Source: Campylobacterota bacterium
GTDB taxonomy: Bacteria; Campylobacterota; Campylobacteria; Campylobacterales; Sulfurovaceae
Direction: 5' to 3'
DNA length: 11,048 nt
Assembly (NCBI GenBank): GCA_034722955.1
Contig: JAYEOM010000052.1
Coordinates: 1-11,048, forward strand
Shown: positions 6,356 to 11,048 of the stretch, in pieces
How positions within the stretch are numbered: the stretch's first letter is position 1
Layout: the number at the start of each line of letters is the position of its first letter
Translations under genes and position numbers: made by a program
The notes under the pieces: generated by a model
What the model saw: the letters and a program-made list of their open reading frames with translations, nothing else
The model's database searches: none
Told to the model about the DNA's origin: nothing

Positions 6356-7378
6356 ATGAGAGTTTTCGGATTGGTTATGACTTCAGTCATCACATCATCA
6401 TTTTTATTCGGTGCTGCTTCGGTAGTCGATAGAGCAAAAGGGGTTGGTCTTGTGGCTATCCCTGAGAGTCAGGCAGAGCTTTTGAAGCTAACAGATCCTA
6501 ATGGTACTATCACGCCAGAGAGAGTTGAGCTTGGTAAAAGACTATTTTTTGAACCTAGACTCTCAAAGAGTTCTATCATCTCATGTAACACTTGTCATAA
6601 TCTTGGGCTAGGTGGTGTAGATGGTGTACCTGCTGCTGTAGGACATCAGTGGACAGCAAATCCACATCACTTGAACTCACCTACTGTATATAATGCAGTA
6701 TTCTTTTCAGCACAATTCTGGGACGGCAGAAGCCCTCACTTGGAAGATCAAGCACAAGGACCTATGCAGGCAGTACCTGAGATGGCAGCACCTAAGTCAC
6801 TTGTAGAGGAGCGTATCAACTCTATCCCCGCCTATGTGGAGGAGTTCCAAAAAGCTTATGGTAAAGATGTCAAAGTGGACTTTGAAAAGATTACTGCTAC
6901 GATTGGTATATTTGAGAGAACTTTGGTTACACCATCAAGATTTGATGATTTTCTCAATGGCAAAGAGGATGCATTGACAGATGCAGAGAAAGATGGTTTA
7001 TCTACTTTCATAGACAAAGGGTGTACAAGTTGTCATACAGGTATCGCTCTTGGCGGTACTATGCAGCCGTTTGAACTTGCTGCAAAATATAAGTTTGCAC
7101 ATGTAGGCGACTTCAAAGGTGATGCAAAAGGTATGGTAAAAACACCTACATTGAGAAATATCACAGAGACTGCCCCATATTTCCACAATGGTGCGATCTG
7201 GAACTTGGCTGATGCCGTCAAAGAGATGGGAAGTACACAGCTTGGCATCAAGATCTCAGATGAAGAGGCTGCCAAGATAGTGACTTTCTTTGGTGCATTA
7301 GATGGAAGAAAGCCAGCTATAGCTTATCCTCAATTTCCAAAGAGTACAGACAAAACACCAAAGCCTGATTTTAAATAG
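6356..7378 (+). CDS. ccpA: Periplasmic di-haem cytochrome c peroxidase (CcpA/MauG family)
   Basis: N-terminal signal-peptide-like stretch and two CXXCH motifs (CNTCH, CTSCH). Also LGKRLFFEPRLS, NSPTVYNA, QFWDGR..LEDQA.GP and KTPTLRNI..TAPYFHNG. Confidence 0.95.
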   Translation: MRVFGLVMTSVITSSFLFGAASVVDRAKGVGLVAIPESQAELLKLTDPNGTITPERVELGKRLFFEPRLSKSSIISCNTCHNLGLGGVDGVPAAVGHQWTANPHHLNSPTVYNAVFFSAQFWDGRSPHLEDQAQGPMQAVPEMAAPKSLVEERINSIPAYVEEFQKAYGKDVKVDFEKITATIGIFERTLVTPSRFDDFLNGKEDALTDAEKDGLSTFIDKGCTSCHTGIALGGTMQPFELAAKYKFAHVGDFKGDAKGMVKTPTLRNITETAPYFHNGAIWNLADAVKEMGSTQLGIKISDEEAAKIVTFFGALDGRKPAIAYPQFPKSTDKTPKPDFK

Positions 7379-7390
7379 TCCTACTGAGAT

Positions 7391-7419
7391 GATCAGAGAC
7401 AGATTTACTGTTTCTGGTT
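7391..7419. terminator. Hairpin between the convergent ccpA and kinase genes; possible bidirectional terminator
   Basis: CAGAGACAG (7394-7402), ATTTA loop, CTGTTTCTG (7408-7416): a 9-bp stem with one G-U pair on the + transcript, extendable by wobble pairs. No clear U-tract. Confidence 0.4.
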
Positions 7420-9310
7420 ATTGATTCTCCTTGGTACTCTTGAGCTCATTGACAAAACAGAGCATATTTGTGATAAAATCAAACTCTATACTGTCGATCT
7501 CTTCTGCATCACCTGATTCATAGATCTCTTGTATCTCTCCAGCAGCTGTAGCTTGCTTTTTGAGTCCTAGATTTGCCAAGACACCTTTGAGGGCATGAAA
7601 ATCCTCTATAAGTGCTTCTATGTTTTTTATACTCATATGTGATTGGATATTGTCAATATATTTCTCTATACTCTTTGTTGCTTTTCCCAATAGTTCTATG
7701 GTGGTGTCACTGTCAAAATTTTTCTCTAAATAACTATATGCTTCTCTCTTCAGCTTCATAGGATCACACTTTTCAGATTGTGAATATTCTCTATCTGGAA
7801 TACTTTTGATAGTCAATGTACTCAACTCTATATCTTTGACTCCGCCATCTACAAGAGTCAAAAAACTCTGTTTAACCTCATTTTTATCCAGTGGCTTCTC
7901 TATGAATGAATCCATGCCGGAGTCCTTGGCAGCTCTGATATCTTTCTCGTAGACATCTGCACTCATGCATACGATAGGTACCCGTTTATCCTGTTTTCGT
8001 ATCTCTTTTGTCGCTTCAAACCCATTCATGATAGGCATCCTGATATCCATAAAAATAATATCATATTGTGTCAATATGGACTTTTCTACAGCCTCTTGAC
8101 CATTTGCAGCTATATCACAAGTGATAGAGAACGAGATCAAAAGCATCTCTCTAATAAAGTCTCTACTCATCTCTACATCCTCAACTACAAGCACTCTCAA
8201 GTGAGAAAAATCTATCATACTGCTATTTTGATATGAGCCCATAGATGATAACTCTTCCAACTCAAAGAGAACATCTTTTGCATTGGTGGGTGTATGGATC
8301 AATCTATCAAAGCATGATGTACAGGTAAATGAATACTTCTCTAAAAGTGCCACACATTTGATAGAGGGATAGATCAGCCTCAGTGTTGAGATGATATCTG
8401 CTGCAGGAGAGGATAAGCTATTCATATCAAAAAGAGCCATATCATAATCTCTTGGATTTGAAACTATATCCCGTAAAGTATTTGATATATTATGGCTTGT
8501 ACTATAGTGCTGAATTGTAGCATTGAAATCTCCGAGAAGATTTGAGATTTTTTCTACAAATTCACTCTCATCTGCAAGTATCAAAATATTTTTCTCTGAG
8601 AGTGTTTTGGAAAACTCTTTATTGTAAGATCTTTTTACTACAAAAGATACTGAAAAGATACTCCCCTCTCCCTCTTTTGAAGTCACATGTACTTCACCAT
8701 CCATAAGCTTTATAATCTCCTTGGAGATAAAAAGACCCAATCCAAACCCCTGAGTACTATCTCCCGTAACAAAAGGATCAAAGAGTGCTTTTTGTATCTC
8801 TGTAGACATACCTGTACCTGTATCTTCGATATTGACTGTTATCTTTATCTCTTCATCTATCTCTACTACCTCTTTGAGATAAAATTTGATAGTACCTTTT
8901 TGTGTAAATTTGACAGCATTTGAGAGGAAATTCAGCATCACTTGCTTGATCCTGCGGTCATCAGCCAAAATAGTATAGTTTAGAAATGGTATATCAACTT
9001 CAAATGTAACATCTTTGTGGATATTTGCTTTGATGATATCTGCACACTCACTTAAAATAGTATGCAGTCGTACCTCTTTTTGGTCTAGTTTGATATCATT
9101 TTTCTCCAGCTTGACAATATCTAAAAAATCCCCTACTAGAGAGAGTAGATATTTTGAGCTATGGAGCATACGATTCAAATACTCCTGCTGTTTACTGTCT
9201 AAATTTGTATGCTCAAGCAGCTCCCCATACCCTAGGATGGAGGTCAGTGGTGTTCTCAGCTCATGACTTATGGAAGCCATAAAAAGATTTTGTTCCTCTT
9301 GGATACTCAT
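7418..9310 (-). CDS. Cytoplasmic unorthodox hybrid histidine kinase (HisKA-HATPase-degenerate REC-REC-Hpt), no sensor domain
   Basis: H-box SHELRTPL at residues 15-22, N-box QVMLNFLSNAVKFT, G1 EDTGTG, F-box LFDPF, G2 GFGLGL. Degenerate receiver (NILILADE...LFDM...HTP), intact receiver (VVEDV...MDIRMPIMNG...MSAD...EKP) and Hpt motif FHALKGVLANLG. Confidence 0.92.
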   Translation of the reverse strand: MSIQEEQNLFMASISHELRTPLTSILGYGELLEHTNLDSKQQEYLNRMLHSSKYLLSLVGDFLDIVKLEKNDIKLDQKEVRLHTILSECADIIKANIHKDVTFEVDIPFLNYTILADDRRIKQVMLNFLSNAVKFTQKGTIKFYLKEVVEIDEEIKITVNIEDTGTGMSTEIQKALFDPFVTGDSTQGFGLGLFISKEIIKLMDGEVHVTSKEGEGSIFSVSFVVKRSYNKEFSKTLSEKNILILADESEFVEKISNLLGDFNATIQHYSTSHNISNTLRDIVSNPRDYDMALFDMNSLSSPAADIISTLRLIYPSIKCVALLEKYSFTCTSCFDRLIHTPTNAKDVLFELEELSSMGSYQNSSMIDFSHLRVLVVEDVEMSRDFIREMLLISFSITCDIAANGQEAVEKSILTQYDIIFMDIRMPIMNGFEATKEIRKQDKRVPIVCMSADVYEKDIRAAKDSGMDSFIEKPLDKNEVKQSFLTLVDGGVKDIELSTLTIKSIPDREYSQSEKCDPMKLKREAYSYLEKNFDSDTTIELLGKATKSIEKYIDNIQSHMSIKNIEALIEDFHALKGVLANLGLKKQATAAGEIQEIYESGDAEEIDSIEFDFITNMLCFVNELKSTKENQ

Positions 9311-9319
9311 AGTACTAAT

Positions 9320-9718
9320 TTACTTGATTTTTTTGTCAAAATTTGTAGAAATCTTAGCTGTCAAGTCATCAATATCAAAAGGCTTGAGAATAAAATCATT
9401 AGCTCCTATACTGAGCAATTCACTCTCATTTCTCTCATCAACAGAGATAATCAATACAGGTATATCATCAAATTTTCTATTTTGTCTAATATGTACCAAT
9501 AGATCTTGACCATTCATGATAGGCATACGAATATCCAATAAAATCATATCTATTTTTACTTCATCATACTCCAAGATAGAGAGGGCACCTGCTCCATCAT
9601 GAGATGAGATAAGATACATATCTGAAACTTTTGTCAATATAGAACGAATCAACTGTATATTGAAGGCATCATCTTCAACGATCAATATATTTTTACTTCC
9701 TAAATATTTTAAACTCAC
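9320..9718 (-). CDS. Single-domain (CheY-like) response regulator
   Basis: ILIVEDD, LLDIRMPIMNG, IPVLIIS, GANDFILKPF. GTG start with RBS AAGGGG. No output domain. Confidence 0.9.
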   Translation of the reverse strand: MSLKYLGSKNILIVEDDAFNIQLIRSILTKVSDMYLISSHDGAGALSILEYDEVKIDMILLDIRMPIMNGQDLLVHIRQNRKFDDIPVLIISVDERNESELLSIGANDFILKPFDIDDLTAKISTNFDKKIK

Positions 9719-9731
9719 TTTATCCCCTTAA

Positions 9732-9756
9732 ATAATATTTTATACCAAAATATTAT
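9732..9756. repeat. Perfect 10-5-10 inverted repeat ATAATATTTT-ATACC-AAAATATTAT in the moxR-response regulator gap
   Basis: 9732-9741 is the exact reverse complement of 9747-9756. It overlaps a minus-strand TATAAT at 9752-9757. Confidence 0.55.
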
Positions 9757-9773
9757 ACTGAAATATAATAAAA

Positions 9774-10745
9774 TTATGTTGGTGAGGGAACCTGTGTCAA
9801 AATTAAATCGATGATATCATCATTACTTATCTCGTTGATCTCTGCATTGTGACTCCTGATAATGCGATGACGGAAGACATCATGGAGGACTGCTTTGATG
9901 TCTCTAGCTACCACTTCATCTCTGCCATGTAGCCAAGCATATGCACGAGAACACTGATCAAGTGCGAGAGAAGCTCTAGGACTCACACCGACCTCTATAA
10001 ATATATCCAACTGCTTACTATATCGTAATGGGAAGCGTGTAGCATATACTAAGGAGACGATATATCGTTCAATCTCTTCACTCATCTTGATAGTTGCGAT
10101 CTCTTTTCGGGCTACAAAAATGGCATCCTGAGAGATCCTCTCTCTGCCTGTTATGCTTTTATTTTTATTGGTTTCATCACGAACCATCCTGATCATTCTG
10201 AGCTCTGACTCCATATCGGCATAGGTTATATGTACATGCATCAAAAAACGATCTTTTTGTGCTTCAGGCAGAGGATAAGTACCCTCTTGTTCTATGGGGT
10301 TTTGTGTTGCCATAACGATGAAAAGTTTGGGAAGTCTATAGCTCTTGCCTGCTACAGTAACTTGACGCTCTTCCATAGCTTCCAGCATCACTGCTTGTAC
10401 CTTTGCTGGGGCACGGTTGATCTCATCAGCAAGTATGATATTTCCAAAGATAGGACCCCGTTCAAAACGAAACTTATGCTTATCGTTATCTTCATACATG
10501 ACTTCCGAGCCAGTTACATCTGAAGAGGTCAAATCCGGAGTAAACTGTATACGCCTAAAGTCAGAGTCAATGATCTTTGCCATCGCTCGCACTGCTCTAG
10601 TCTTTGCCAATCCAGGAAGCCCTTCGACCAATAGGTTGCCATTGGCAAGTACACCAATGATCAATCTCTCTACGAGATGCTCCTGCCCTATGATAGAGTC
10701 GTTCATCTTTGCTTGAAGAAGTTTGATCAAATCATATGCCTTCAT
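9774..10745 (-). CDS. moxR: MoxR-family AAA+ ATPase
   Basis: IIGQ, Walker A LLVEGLPGLAKT, RIQFTPDL, Walker B ILADEINRAPAKVQ, MATQNPIEQEGTYPLPEAQ.DRF, GVSPRA and VFRHRI. RBS AAGGA. Confidence 0.93.
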   Translation of the reverse strand: MKAYDLIKLLQAKMNDSIIGQEHLVERLIIGVLANGNLLVEGLPGLAKTRAVRAMAKIIDSDFRRIQFTPDLTSSDVTGSEVMYEDNDKHKFRFERGPIFGNIILADEINRAPAKVQAVMLEAMEERQVTVAGKSYRLPKLFIVMATQNPIEQEGTYPLPEAQKDRFLMHVHITYADMESELRMIRMVRDETNKNKSITGRERISQDAIFVARKEIATIKMSEEIERYIVSLVYATRFPLRYSKQLDIFIEVGVSPRASLALDQCSRAYAWLHGRDEVVARDIKAVLHDVFRHRIIRSHNAEINEISNDDIIDLILTQVPSPT

Positions 10746-10760
10746 GGGTATCCTTGTCCA

Positions 10761-11048
10761 TCAATATGGAGAATTTACTACTCTGTATTGAACTGTGCTT
10801 CCTTGATAGTAGGGCTCATAGTAAGTACCCGAACAGTTACGATAAGAGATACCATTACTGATAACTGTAGTACAGCTAGATGGGACAGAAGCGACGATAG
10901 TTCCGATAGCCAAACCTGCTACAGCAGCTGCAAGTACAGGAGCTCCTCTATGATAACCTCCACCATAATATCTACCACCACTTACATTTCTATTAACATT
11001 GACATTGACATTTCTATTTCTGTTTACATTTCTATTGACATTTCTATT
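10761..11048 (-). CDS. C-terminal 95 aa of an Asn-rich low-complexity protein with a DUF6515-like Cys/Tyr tail (5' end outside window)
   Basis: Not in the ORF track; hand-translated: ...NRNVNRNVNRNRNVNVNVNRNVSGGRYYGGGYHRGAPVLAAAVAGLAIGTIVASVPSSCTTVISNGISYRNCSGTYYEPYYQGSTVQYRVVNSPY*. TGA at 10763-10761, 15 bp before the moxR ATG. The DUF6515 resemblance is from memory of the family pattern. Confidence 0.8.
   Translation of the reverse strand, partial: NRNVNRNVNRNRNVNVNVNRNVSGGRYYGGGYHRGAPVLAAAVAGLAIGTIVASVPSSCTTVISNGISYRNCSGTYYEPYYQGSTVQYRVVNSPY
10983..11048 (-). repeat. Degenerate in-frame 6/12-bp tandem repeat (AATAGA / AATGTN units) encoding (N-R/N-V)n
   Basis: The minus strand reads AATAGA AATGTC AATAGA AATGTA AACAGA AATAGA AATGTC AATGTC AATGTT AATAGA AATGTA: 11 dicodon units, running off the window edge. 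Confidence 0.85.

Noticed and set aside
3095..7275. Minus-strand ORFs 3095-3373, 4068-4268, 5031-5300, 5991-6218, 6998-7186 and 7033-7275
   Set aside because: All are antisense to well-supported + strand genes and have no family motifs.
8022..9526. 17-bp direct repeat CCATTCATGATAGGCAT at 8022-8038 and 9510-9526
   Set aside because: Both copies encode the conserved receiver motif (MPIMNG). Explained by protein conservation and codon bias; not an att site.
8687..10716. Plus-strand ORFs 8687-8923, 9015-9266, 9263-9502, 9270-9509, 10230-10523 and 10417-10716
   Set aside because: Antisense shadows of the kinase, response regulator and moxR.
10983..11048. Terminal repeat as a CRISPR array or non-coding satellite
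   Set aside because: Units are 6/12 bp with no spacers and are fully explained as in-frame N-R/N-V codons.

Overview
AT-rich bacterial chromosomal window, probably Campylobacterota (Sulfurovum-like; inferred from gene content, AAGGA-type RBSs and gnTAnaAT promoters, not from a database search). Left end (- strand): the start of a type 1 BREX anti-phage operon, brxA-brxB-brxC, with brxC running off the window. Divergent from it (+ strand): an unannotated 29-aa ORF coupled to a ybgC-type thioesterase; a GlmL/MutL-type glutamate mutase accessory ATPase; a short low-GC ORF with only the Walker A half of an AAA_15/ABC-type ATPase; an AMP-forming ligase with altered catalytic motifs; a DEDDh ExoX-like exonuclease; and a di-haem cytochrome c peroxidase. 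Right end (- strand): the C-terminal part of an Asn-rich repeat protein, a MoxR ATPase with no DUF58/VWA partner downstream, a single-domain response regulator and a sensorless HisKA-HATPase-REC-REC-Hpt kinase. The last two are in the same frame, separated by one TAA. No tRNA, rRNA, CRISPR array, integrase or IS element was seen. The best candidate for an undescribed system is the glmL plus atypical adenylating enzyme operon, followed by the split REC/kinase phosphorelay and the N-x repeat protein with MoxR. All three are inferences that need comparative genomics.
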